From the IMG/VR virus record IMGVR_UViG_2061766007_000921: a stretch of 64,000 nt of DNA; one strand, 5' to 3'. Source of the DNA: an uncultured virus (IMG/VR IMGVR_UViG_2061766007_000921). Taxonomy: Duplodnaviria; Heunggongvirae; Uroviricota; Caudoviricetes. Under the pieces are notes generated by a model. That model made no database searches. It saw only the letters and a program-made list of their open reading frames with translations, and was not told where the DNA came from. Both the position numbers and the translations under genes were made by a program. This document shows, piece by piece, positions 50,502 to 59,325 of this stretch. Numbering within the stretch: position 1 is the first letter of the stretch; every line of letters begins with the position of its first letter.

Positions 50502-51245
50502 CTATGCAATGTCTTGATACATATCATACAATGCACTATATTTATTTTTTATAATTTCTTGCAATTCTATTTTACCTTTTCTAATCCAGTTCTTTACACT
50601 TGAAATTGGAATTTGATTATCTCTTGCAATGTCATCAATCTTTTTCTGCTTTATAAGTCTATCTCTCATGACAATTCTCAAATTGTCTGGAAGATCAGCA
50701 ATACATCTGATTGAAGCATCATAAAAGTCAGAAATTATTTTTTCTTTATCGTAAGATACTAATTCATTTCCCTCTTTTATAATATTAATATCTCCTGATA
50801 CTGAATATGAATCAGCCTCAGATGTTTCATTTGCATCAGTACAAATAGTCGATTCATAAAGATCTTCAAAATCTTTATCATACTTAACTACTTTATTTTT
50901 CTCTTGCAAGTATTTCAAAGAATTGTTATATGCAATTCTATACATCCAAGTAGAAAACTGTGCTATAGCAGGATTAAACAAATCTCTTTTGAAATATATG
51001 TTTTCAAAAGTTTTCATAAGAACTTCTGTTGTGGCGTCATCATCTTTGACAATTTTAAAAATGTAAGATCTAAGACCCCAATTTATACGTTCACATAACA
51101 ATCCAAAGGTTCTTTCAGATGGATCATTAATAAATTGTAAAGCAAGCTTTTGAATATTTTTTTCTTTCTTTGGCTTTGCCTTTTTTGTTTCTTTTTTGTT
51201 ATTGTCAAAAATCGAATCTGCTGTTACTTTTTTCTTTCTTCCCAT
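50502..51245 (-). CDS. ECF-type RNA polymerase sigma factor
   Basis: Region 2 (QFSTWMYRIAYN.SL) and region 4 HTH (LPDNLR...IDDIA....IPISSVKNWIRKGK). Confidence 0.85.
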   Translation of the reverse strand: MGRKKKVTADSIFDNNKKETKKAKPKKEKNIQKLALQFINDPSERTFGLLCERINWGLRSYIFKIVKDDDATTEVLMKTFENIYFKRDLFNPAIAQFSTWMYRIAYNNSLKYLQEKNKVVKYDKDFEDLYESTICTDANETSEADSYSVSGDINIIKEGNELVSYDKEKIISDFYDASIRCIADLPDNLRIVMRDRLIKQKKIDDIARDNQIPISSVKNWIRKGKIELQEIIKNKYSALYDMYQDIA

Positions 51246-51269
51246 TATAGTTTAATTTAAATACCAATA

Positions 51270-51300
51270 CAAATATACAAATAATTTCCTAAATAACAAA
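51270..51300 (-). promoter_or_regulatory. Bacteroidota housekeeping-sigma promoter
   Basis: TTTG-N19-TATATTTG upstream of the sigma factor gene. Confidence 0.75.
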
Positions 51301-51301
51301 A

Positions 51302-51646
51302 TTATTTTTTAACTTGCTGCAATTGAAAATACATATCAAATGCATCTTTTCTTTCAATTGCACGCATCAAAGGAGCAACATACTTATATGGAAGCATTCC
51401 AATATTTCTTATAAATTCACCAAGAAGTGCAGAAGGCAAAACATCATTATTAACTTCTAACACATTGTATATTTTCTTTGCTTCAACATAAGGAATTTCA
51501 TCTAAAATCTTTTTAAGATCATTCTTAAAAACATTTGTAACTCTATACATATTCTCATATGTAAGAACTTCAGGTTCTGGCATATCTGAAGTTCCTTTCA
51601 ATTGTGTAGAATACGGAACTTTAACAGTATTTTCAATTTCACTCAT
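51302..51646 (-). CDS. Hypothetical protein
   Basis: 114-aa ORF in operon. Confidence 0.7.
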   Translation of the reverse strand: MSEIENTVKVPYSTQLKGTSDMPEPEVLTYENMYRVTNVFKNDLKKILDEIPYVEAKKIYNVLEVNNDVLPSALLGEFIRNIGMLPYKYVAPLMRAIERKDAFDMYFQLQQVKK

Positions 51647-51659
51647 TATATTATTTGTT

Positions 51660-53459
51660 TTATTTTATTAAACTATTTGAATTTATAACTTGAATTCTAT
51701 TTACAAATTCTGGTGGATACATTGTCCTTGTTGTGTTGAACAATCCTTGAAAACATGCATCAAGTATAAATGTTACGCACCAATCGTGTTCATTTCTAAC
51801 TCCTCGTCCAATTCCTTGAAGCATTAAAATAGAAGTTGCATTTGAATACCATATCGGATTATATTTACGTTTTGCATCAACATATTTGTCAGCAAGAGAC
51901 AAATAAGGAATTTTCATAATAATTAAAAATCTACACAAATCATCATCGAGTGACAATCCTTCTACAAGACTTGGACCTATAAGTACTTTGTCATCAGAAT
52001 ATTTGTATGCATCTAATGACTCTTGCTTTTCAAGAGTATCATTATAAAGCATCAATCTTGACTTTAATGATTTGTCTATAGTATCATATAATTTATTGGC
52101 AAATGCATAACTTCCTGTTTGAATAATTCCCTTTTTGTTAGGATACATATTCAATATGCTTTCAATCATTTTTACAATTTTTGGAAATGATCTATCTTTT
52201 TCAGCATATGACATTTTGTATTCATTCACATAAAAAATAGGAGAATTAGAATAATCAAAACAAATTGGAAGTTTAGATGTTACATAACTTCCAGTCAAGC
52301 AAATATCATTTGCATAAATATCTGGATCACCAATAGTTGCAGACATATACAATTTTAAATCTGCATTTCTATGAAATGTTTTCTTAAGCAAATATGATTC
52401 ATTGATACAATTAAATATTATTGTATTTCCATTTTCTGAATCATTTTTAACTATTGCTTCTGGACCAATATCATTGATTATATTTGTATAATCATCAAAT
52501 TTACAATAATGCTCTCTTACAAATTCACAATTTCGTAAAAGCTTTTTATCAGCAGCAGATAGAGATTTCATTTTAGGAACATCTTTAGATGATGGATTAA
52601 AATCACAAGAAAAAGAAGATTTTATTGATTCTGCTGCTTTATATATTGCAGCCAATGGCTGCATATACTGATTAAGAAGATCTTTTAATCTTTTTACATC
52701 AGTTGTAACTTTTATTTCATTTCTTATATCTTCTAACTGTTTGTAATCATTTTCAATATGAGATTTTGATTCTTCAACAATAGAACATATTTTGTTCATA
52801 TCTTCTTTTCCAAATCGTGGACTAAAATGATTTTGAACAATATCTACAAGTTTATGTGCTTCATCACAAATCACAAAATCTCTTTGTTGAAATGGAGCAT
52901 TATCTTTAAGAATTGCTCTTACATAATTCTGTTGAAGCAGCCAATGAGCATATGTACATACTGTAACAGATGAATTCATTGCTTTTTCACGAGCAACAAT
53001 ATATTCACAGTATGGCGCGCATTCTCTATAATTAGTAACAATATCAGCATAAGATGTCATACCTTCAAGAGCACATACTCCCACAGTAAATGGCATCATA
53101 TTTCTTTGACATGTATAAGTTTGTCTTCCTCTAATTACTCCCCAAGTTGGAAAATAAACATCAATGTCATCTTCATACTGTTTAAGAAGTGACAAATCAG
53201 AAATAAGAATATATCCGCTCTTACCGTAAATATCTGACAATAAACCTGCTACGCACATAGCAATTATAGATTTACCAGATCCGGTAGGTGCATCTAAAAT
53301 AAAATTCTTATCACCGTGGTACCATGAATAGATTATATCTACTATAGTTTCTTTTTGCTTAGGACGGAATTTGAAGGTTGGACCAAAAATATCAATGGCC
53401 CAATCTTCAAGCTCCTTTAAAAGTTCTTCTTTTGTAGTATGAATTGACAGTTCTTTCAT
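51660..53459 (-). CDS. DinG/XPD-family SF2 helicase
   Basis: Q-motif FRPKQ, APTGSGKS, CDEAH, MSAT, EGLSL and QGIGRGVR...DWC, plus a Cys cluster consistent with an Fe-S domain. Confidence 0.88.
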   Translation of the reverse strand: MKELSIHTTKEELLKELEDWAIDIFGPTFKFRPKQKETIVDIIYSWYHGDKNFILDAPTGSGKSIIAMCVAGLLSDIYGKSGYILISDLSLLKQYEDDIDVYFPTWGVIRGRQTYTCQRNMMPFTVGVCALEGMTSYADIVTNYRECAPYCEYIVAREKAMNSSVTVCTYAHWLLQQNYVRAILKDNAPFQQRDFVICDEAHKLVDIVQNHFSPRFGKEDMNKICSIVEESKSHIENDYKQLEDIRNEIKVTTDVKRLKDLLNQYMQPLAAIYKAAESIKSSFSCDFNPSSKDVPKMKSLSAADKKLLRNCEFVREHYCKFDDYTNIINDIGPEAIVKNDSENGNTIIFNCINESYLLKKTFHRNADLKLYMSATIGDPDIYANDICLTGSYVTSKLPICFDYSNSPIFYVNEYKMSYAEKDRSFPKIVKMIESILNMYPNKKGIIQTGSYAFANKLYDTIDKSLKSRLMLYNDTLEKQESLDAYKYSDDKVLIGPSLVEGLSLDDDLCRFLIIMKIPYLSLADKYVDAKRKYNPIWYSNATSILMLQGIGRGVRNEHDWCVTFILDACFQGLFNTTRTMYPPEFVNRIQVINSNSLIK

Positions 53460-53462
53460 TAA

Positions 53463-54635
53463 TTACTTATTAAGTGTACGTTTCTTGTATGCCATAAAAG
53501 CATTAACAGATACTCTAATCTTTTTTACATTTGGTAATTCTGCAATATCATACATATTACTGTATGACATAGTAGATTGTACTGAAGTCTTAAATATACT
53601 GAGCCAATTGTCAAGAGTATTTGTTACCTGAATTTCTTCAACGTTTCCTTCAGCATTTTTATATACAAATGGTTCATCAGGAAATTCTCTTGCTTCTGCA
53701 ATTTTCTTTTGTGCATATTTAGTACTCATTCCATAATAAATTCTATACAAATTATCAGGAAAGTCTTCATATGTTGCAAGATGTTTCTTAACTTTTTCTG
53801 AAAGTTCAGAAGAATAAAATGTAGATCCATCTTTCAATTTCTCATACATCGGTTCACAAGCTTCTACACATTGTGCAAACATTCTTCCAATCATTACATA
53901 ATCTGCTCCACAAGCAAGAGCTTTAATACAATTGGCATAACTTGAAATTCCACCGTCAGCAATAATCTTCGGACAAAAAAGATTATTAAGCTCCATTTCA
54001 TCTTTTATTTCACGAATTTCTTGTAGCAATGATGCAGGTGGATAATGTTCAGCAGTTAAAGTACTTGTTGTGCAGCAAAATCCTGTTCCAATAGAACAAC
54101 GTACATAATCACATTCAGCCTCAGCAAAATACTTATATGTTTCAGGATGTGCAATATTACCAGACATTATAATAACCGATTTTCCGTATCCTTGCTTAAT
54201 TGCTGAAATCAACGACAACAATCTAGTCATATGTCCATTTGCTAAATCAATACATATGTATGCAGGATTTTCTTCTGTCAACGTCAAATGAGTAATATTA
54301 TAATTTTCGACAAATATTTTGTTTGCTTCACTTTTAGAAAATGAAACAAATGTTTTTGTCATCAATTCACAACGATCTTTGTATTTTACTGTACGTGGAA
54401 TAACAGGACAAATACCTCTATCAAAAAATAATTTCCAGTTGTCCTTGCTTAATGTTGCTCCCATTGGAGAAGCAAATGCAGGAATTGCATCAATTCCTTC
54501 TTTTACACAAGGATTCAATTTATCTTTAATGTAAATATTGCAATCATTTCTACTTGAAACACTTGTCAATACCGCTGGCACAAGACAAATATCATCAAAT
54601 GTAAGTTTTTCTTCTTGCTGTTCAATTTTTCTCAT
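53463..54635 (-). CDS. GMP reductase / IMP dehydrogenase family (no CBS domains)
   Basis: LTFDDICLVP, ASPM, IDLANGH, IGTG..CTT, IIADGGI, GADYVMIG, YYGMST and AEG. No IMPDH flap RY dyad seen, which favours GMP reductase. Confidence 0.85.
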   Translation of the reverse strand: MRKIEQQEEKLTFDDICLVPAVLTSVSSRNDCNIYIKDKLNPCVKEGIDAIPAFASPMGATLSKDNWKLFFDRGICPVIPRTVKYKDRCELMTKTFVSFSKSEANKIFVENYNITHLTLTEENPAYICIDLANGHMTRLLSLISAIKQGYGKSVIIMSGNIAHPETYKYFAEAECDYVRCSIGTGFCCTTSTLTAEHYPPASLLQEIREIKDEMELNNLFCPKIIADGGISSYANCIKALACGADYVMIGRMFAQCVEACEPMYEKLKDGSTFYSSELSEKVKKHLATYEDFPDNLYRIYYGMSTKYAQKKIAEAREFPDEPFVYKNAEGNVEEIQVTNTLDNWLSIFKTSVQSTMSYSNMYDIAELPNVKKIRVSVNAFMAYKKRTLNK

Positions 54636-54637
54636 AA

Positions 54638-54952
54638 TTAATCACCGTAATATAAACGTTTTTCTGGTTTAGTTTGTGAGCCTGCTGCTGGCGCTACATC
54701 TGATACATCAACAACATTTGTTTTAGTATCATACTCCTTTGCTTTTGTAAGATACCAATTTTCTTTCTTCAAATCTTGTTCTACTGAATTTTCTGGTTTT
54801 TCTCCGAGTCGCATTCTATATTTAAATGCTGTCATTTCACACCAAAGCTTAACTGCTTCAGGACCCCAAATTCTTTTCATCATCTCAATAACTTCTATAT
54901 CATATTTGTTATAATGAGATGGATGATTTACCATTTCATATTTGTCTGCCAT
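54638..54952 (-). CDS. DUF3310 / T7 gp1.7-like putative nucleotide kinase
   Basis: VNHPSHY...IEVI...KY..R.G.K...QDLKK..WYL. Confidence 0.8.
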   Translation of the reverse strand: MADKYEMVNHPSHYNKYDIEVIEMMKRIWGPEAVKLWCEMTAFKYRMRLGEKPENSVEQDLKKENWYLTKAKEYDTKTNVVDVSDVAPAAGSQTKPEKRLYYGD

Positions 54953-54955
54953 ATA

Positions 54956-55114
54956 TTAAAAATTAAATTTAAATCTATTTCCATCTACAAATCCAGTATT
55001 ATAACCATTTAAAAATGCAGATTCAATATCTTCAAATGTATATGTTTTTTTATTTTTATCAATTTCAAAATCATCTACATATTCATCAAATGCAAGTTCA
55101 TCAGCGTTTTCCAT
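54956..55114 (-). CDS. Small hypothetical protein (52 aa)
   Basis: Hand translation MENADELAFDEYVDDFEIDKNKKTYTFEDIESAFLNGYNTGFVDGNRFKFNF. It fills the gap between neighbours with 3-bp spacers. Confidence 0.65.
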   Translation of the reverse strand: MENADELAFDEYVDDFEIDKNKKTYTFEDIESAFLNGYNTGFVDGNRFKFNF

Positions 55115-55117
55115 AAA

Positions 55118-55942
55118 TTAAGATATAAGTTTAAGATAGTCTTCTTCTGTTATTTGTTTAATTCCCAATTCATTTGCTTTTTTAAGCTTAGATTCACCTG
55201 CAGCTTCACCAACAATCAACAAATCAAGTTTCTTATTTACACCAGATGCATAATTTCCACCATTGGCAATAACAGATTCTTTAATTTCATCTCTTGAAAA
55301 ATTTTTCAAAGTTCCTGTTGCCAAAATATTATATCCAGAAAGTTTGTCTGTGCTACTTGTTTTTGTTGCAGTATTTTCATCTTCTTGATATTGCAATCCA
55401 ATATCAATAATATCATTCAAATCATCACTTGTTTTAAGCCAATTTACGAGAGATTCCGTTGCTGCTGGACCAATTATTGATTCAATTGCAGTATAATCTT
55501 CTGCATGCAACAATAATTCTTTTATAGATTTAAAAGAAGAAAGAAGTTTTTTAGCAGCAACTTGTCCAATAAACGGAATACCCATAGAAACAAGTACTCT
55601 CCAAGCAGGAACTGCAGTTTTAGAATTTTCAAGTTCTTTTACAATCTTTCTTGAAGTTTTATCTCCAAGATTACATATATAACGAAGTCTGTCTTCTGAA
55701 AGAAAATAAAGATCTTTCCAAGAATTAATAGTTGTAGTATTAACAATCTTTCTAAGTGTTTTTTCAGAAAGACCATCAATATTCATACAATCTTTTGATA
55801 CAAAATAATTTAATTTTGATATTAATACTTCTGGACATTTTGGATTAGTACAATACAAATGTGCACCTTCATCCAGAATACGAGTAACAGGATATCCACA
55901 ATATGGACAAACTGTAGGTTCTGCTATTTTCAAAGCTTTCAT
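55118..55942 (-). CDS. ligA: NAD-dependent DNA ligase, C-terminal part (Zn finger, HhH, BRCT)
   Basis: CPYC...CTNPKC, MNIDGLSEK, MGIPFIG...AKKL and BRCT (ATGTL..FSRDE...GG....GVNKKLD.LIVGEAAGESKLKKA.ELGI). Confidence 0.92.
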   Translation of the reverse strand: MKALKIAEPTVCPYCGYPVTRILDEGAHLYCTNPKCPEVLISKLNYFVSKDCMNIDGLSEKTLRKIVNTTTINSWKDLYFLSEDRLRYICNLGDKTSRKIVKELENSKTAVPAWRVLVSMGIPFIGQVAAKKLLSSFKSIKELLLHAEDYTAIESIIGPAATESLVNWLKTSDDLNDIIDIGLQYQEDENTATKTSSTDKLSGYNILATGTLKNFSRDEIKESVIANGGNYASGVNKKLDLLIVGEAAGESKLKKANELGIKQITEEDYLKLIS

Positions 55943-55960
55943 ATTTCAATTATTATAATA

Positions 55961-55991
55961 CAAATATAATAAATTATTTTGATATAACAAA
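55961..55991 (-). promoter_or_regulatory. Bacteroidota housekeeping-sigma promoter for the ligase C-part
   Basis: TTTG-N19-TATATTTG, 18 nt before the ATG. Confidence 0.75.
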
Positions 55992-55992
55992 A

Positions 55993-57255
55993 TTAAAGTT
56001 GAAGTGTGTGATTAAAGTTTATTAAATCTTCTGGTTCATAATATGAAAATATGTCACTTCCCATAGTATCATTTACCCAGAATGGATCAATTGCACCCAA
56101 CGATAATATTCTATCGTGAATTTTACGATCATATTTTCTCTTTAGCAAATCATTTGTTCTTTGTATTTCATCAAAACGTTCTGATTGTGCTGTGTCACCG
56201 CGTTTCTTTCCTTCTCGGCGATTTCCTTCATGCTGTATATAAAGAACTTTTGGAATTTTTGTCATTGTTCCATTTAAAAATGTTCTTATCAAAATATCCA
56301 TATCATCAACAACTGAAAGCTCTGTATTGTGTCCTCCAATTTTATGATAAAATTCTTTTTTCCAACATCTTACATGATTTGGAAGAGCATGAATACCTCT
56401 TACAGAAATAGCATTTACATCAGGAGTAATAGCAATATTTCGTTCTTTTCCTAATACAAATTCTTTTTGATAATATCCAAGTCCGTATGCAAAATTGTCA
56501 CCATAATAAACTTCTTTGCCACCAATTTCTTCCATTGCATAAGAATATACAAAATCAGAATCAGGATAAGTATCAAATGCTAAACTTAAAAGTTCAAGAC
56601 AATCTGCTGTCAGTTCATCATCATGATCCACTTCAACGAGATAATCACCATCACACATCATAGCAATCATATGCTTATTAAATCCAATATTACCGTGATT
56701 TGAACAATTTTTAAAAACGGTAATTCTTGGATCATGATAGTTGTTTATCATTTCTGAAGTGTATGGATTTGTACTGTCATCAAGGATAAACCAATTCCAA
56801 TTTTTATAAGTTTGATTGATTAATGAATTATATAATCTTTCAAACATTGCTTTTGGAGTATTGAATGTACATGTAAATATAGAGAACAATTTAACTTCGC
56901 TTGGACGAGGACGATTAATATTGAATAAAAATGCTTCAACAATATTTCTTGCAATAAGAGTTGGGTCAAACTCTTCCTTGTGAATCCACTTTTTTCTAAA
57001 TTCAAAAGATAAATCATTCAATGGTCCAAATTTCAATTCTGAACCATCTGTTTTACCAAGACTAATAATACAATCAACTCCACGGAGCTTACTTAATTCT
57101 GCTGCTACATTATCCGTAGAACTTATTACTGTAATATCAAATCCTTTTTCTCCTCTTAAAAATCCAAATTCATAATCTTGTTTTAGATTGACTAACGAAT
57201 AATCATGTTCATCTTTATGAGGATCTATGAAGAGTACAGATATCTTATTTCTCAT
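55993..57255 (-). CDS. GT2 glycosyltransferase with an extra N-terminal domain
   Basis: FSIFTCTFN, SLINQTYKNW, ILDDS, YLVEVDHDD, IGGHN..L...DD.D and KIPKVLY. Confidence 0.9.
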   Translation of the reverse strand: MRNKISVLFIDPHKDEHDYSLVNLKQDYEFGFLRGEKGFDITVISSTDNVAAELSKLRGVDCIISLGKTDGSELKFGPLNDLSFEFRKKWIHKEEFDPTLIARNIVEAFLFNINRPRPSEVKLFSIFTCTFNTPKAMFERLYNSLINQTYKNWNWFILDDSTNPYTSEMINNYHDPRITVFKNCSNHGNIGFNKHMIAMMCDGDYLVEVDHDDELTADCLELLSLAFDTYPDSDFVYSYAMEEIGGKEVYYGDNFAYGLGYYQKEFVLGKERNIAITPDVNAISVRGIHALPNHVRCWKKEFYHKIGGHNTELSVVDDMDILIRTFLNGTMTKIPKVLYIQHEGNRREGKKRGDTAQSERFDEIQRTNDLLKRKYDRKIHDRILSLGAIDPFWVNDTMGSDIFSYYEPEDLINFNHTLQL

Positions 57256-57487
57256 TATTTAAAATATTGTTTATTTTCTCAAGAATATCTTTATATGCAA
57301 ATTCTGATGCTCTATAATATGCCATGCGTTCATTATAGTTTGTATCAAATGGATGTTCTCCTTCTACATATGAAAAATGCTGTGGATATATTCTATCAGC
57401 AGTATATAATAATTTTTTGCAATATCCGTTATTGTTTTTTTCTAATAAATCTTCTATATAAAGTTTAAGTATGTTTATACTATTCAT
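57245..57487 (-). CDS. Small hypothetical protein
   Basis: ATG 57487 directly after the mgsA stop. Confidence 0.6.
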   Translation of the reverse strand: MNSINILKLYIEDLLEKNNNGYCKKLLYTADRIYPQHFSYVEGEHPFDTNYNERMAYYRASEFAYKDILEKINNILNNEK

Positions 57488-57488
57488 T

Positions 57489-57995
57489 TTATACTTTTCT
57501 ATTTTTATAATTGTCAATTGCAGATGGCAATATTCTACTATAATTTGTATCAGAAAAAAGCGGAGAAGTTAAAATCATATCTGCAGTTGTTCTATTTGTA
57601 GCAAATGCAATATTATAAAGAGAAGCAAGTCTTGTAAGAGCAGATACATCATTTTGGTGTCCTTGCATAATAAGATTATCACAGAAGAAAATAAGTACAT
57701 CAATTTTTCCTTCTGCAATCATTGCACCTATTTGCTGGTCACCTCCAAGAGGTCCGCTAAACAAACAAGTTACATTATCTTTTAATGGAAATACAACATC
57801 TTTATAATCATAATACCATTCACCTTCATCATTAAAATTTCCAGTTTTTGGCGTTCCTATATAAATTTCTTTTATAAGTTTTCCTGTAGTTCCAGTAGCA
57901 TACAACTTATGATGTTTCAACTCATTTATGTTGTATTTTACCCATTCTATCAATTCTTTTTTACGCCCATCATGAGCAACTAATGCTATATTCAT
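57489..57995 (-). CDS. mgsA: Methylglyoxal synthase
   Basis: IALVAHD..K, LYATGTTG, SGPLGGDQQIGA, IFF.D, H..DV.AL.R and ATN..TAD. Confidence 0.93.
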   Translation of the reverse strand: MNIALVAHDGRKKELIEWVKYNINELKHHKLYATGTTGKLIKEIYIGTPKTGNFNDEGEWYYDYKDVVFPLKDNVTCLFSGPLGGDQQIGAMIAEGKIDVLIFFCDNLIMQGHQNDVSALTRLASLYNIAFATNRTTADMILTSPLFSDTNYSRILPSAIDNYKNRKV

Positions 57996-58018
57996 TATTA
58001 TTAATTAAATTTATTAAA

Positions 58019-58234
58019 CTATTTTATCCACGAATTTTTACATATTAAATATAAATCATACAAATATTCTTCACTATAAGATATGTCTTCACTGATATAA
58101 TTCCATTTCCAATCATCAACAAATCCACCAACATATGAACCCAAATCTTTAGGTATTTTATTCATTACAGAATAATTTGGACAACTTCCACGTAACAGTG
58201 AGATAATATCCTTTTTATCTAAATCAACTTTCAT
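58019..58234 (-). CDS. Small hypothetical protein
   Basis: 71-aa ORF with ATGA coupling to the upstream gene. Confidence 0.65.
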   Translation of the reverse strand: MKVDLDKKDIISLLRGSCPNYSVMNKIPKDLGSYVGGFVDDWKWNYISEDISYSEEYLYDLYLICKNSWIK

Positions 58235-58710
58235 ATTGTATCAAATAACGGAGTACTTTTTAAATAATCATTTTTCATATATTTTTCCCATTCTGATGAA
58301 AAGAAAATATTATCTGGTATATTACCTGCATCTACAAACATTTTCATCATTTCAAATCCCGTATAACCATTCAAAGATGTTTTATATGTGTTCCTGTAGG
58401 CTATCATAAAGTTCATCCCAGGAAGGCTTTCAGCTGTGCTGTATAATATTCGTATATTATCAATTATCTGTTGCTTAGAGAGACTCTTTCTCATTCCTGG
58501 GCCTTGTACTGTAACTAATCCATAAGCTTTACCAGAATCAGAAATTCTATTATTCATTACTTCAAATCTACCTACACCAAAATGAAGAACTGCTTGCAAT
58601 GCTGCACCGCCAGTTCCTTTATTAGGATTTCCGTTTATTCCTCTTGGATTAGAGCCAAATACAAAAATTGTATTATCTGCAGGAACTATATTATCTTTAT
58701 AAAATTTCAT
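58231..58710 (-). CDS. Phage IFVFGSN-family protein (A1S_2505-like)
   Basis: IFVFGSN..G....GGAAL.A..HFG, G.AYGL.T and SLNGYT motifs. Confidence 0.65.
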   Translation of the reverse strand: MKFYKDNIVPADNTIFVFGSNPRGINGNPNKGTGGAALQAVLHFGVGRFEVMNNRISDSGKAYGLVTVQGPGMRKSLSKQQIIDNIRILYSTAESLPGMNFMIAYRNTYKTSLNGYTGFEMMKMFVDAGNIPDNIFFSSEWEKYMKNDYLKSTPLFDTI

Positions 58711-59061
58711 TTATGAAAAATCAACTTTCTTTTTACCAGTAATATAAAAATGTAAATCTCTATAACATACAGTACGTGCAAAATCATTTACTATATATGG
58801 GATTTCACCGATTTTATGTTTCTTTTTTATTTTGCAATGAATTCTAAATGTGTAAATACTGTCATCTGACAAGATTGGAATAAAGCAATTATTGTGTACA
58901 ATAAAAGTAAAATATGAACCTTGACAACAATTGTTCCATTTACGTTTATCAATCGAAAGAACAATTACATTTTTATTAGTCAACAATTTTTCTATATTAG
59001 AAGCAGTATCTCTTATAGTAAAACGCATTTCACATATTGAATATGTAAATCTTTTAGTCAT
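58711..59061 (-). CDS. Hypothetical protein, paralog of 59054..59317
   Basis: Shares DT..NIEK.L.NK..IV with its neighbour. Start taken at ATG 59061. Confidence 0.6.
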   Translation of the reverse strand: MTKRFTYSICEMRFTIRDTASNIEKLLTNKNVIVLSIDKRKWNNCCQGSYFTFIVHNNCFIPILSDDSIYTFRIHCKIKKKHKIGEIPYIVNDFARTVCYRDLHFYITGKKKVDFS

Positions 59062-59317
59062 TTGATACACAAGTTTTTATAAAATTATAATCAAGCTTTA
59101 AAGGAAGCGTTTCTTTATAAAATATAGATTTATATCGTTTTACTGATTCCATATTCATTTTCATAGTACAAACAACATAATATGTATATGATTGCGGCAA
59201 TACAGATTTTCGTTCAAACATTGCATGTACTATAATACTTTTGTTTTCTAAAAACTTTTCTATATTTTCAGAAGTATCTTCTAGCAAAAAATTGTGTGAT
59301 GCAACTTTTTTATACAT
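59054..59317 (-). CDS. Hypothetical protein, paralog of 58711..59061
   Basis: DTSENIEKFLENKSIIV versus DTASNIEKLLTNKNVIV. Confidence 0.6.
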   Translation of the reverse strand: MYKKVASHNFLLEDTSENIEKFLENKSIIVHAMFERKSVLPQSYTYYVVCTMKMNMESVKRYKSIFYKETLPLKLDYNFIKTCVSND

Positions 59318-59325
59318 TTATAAAC

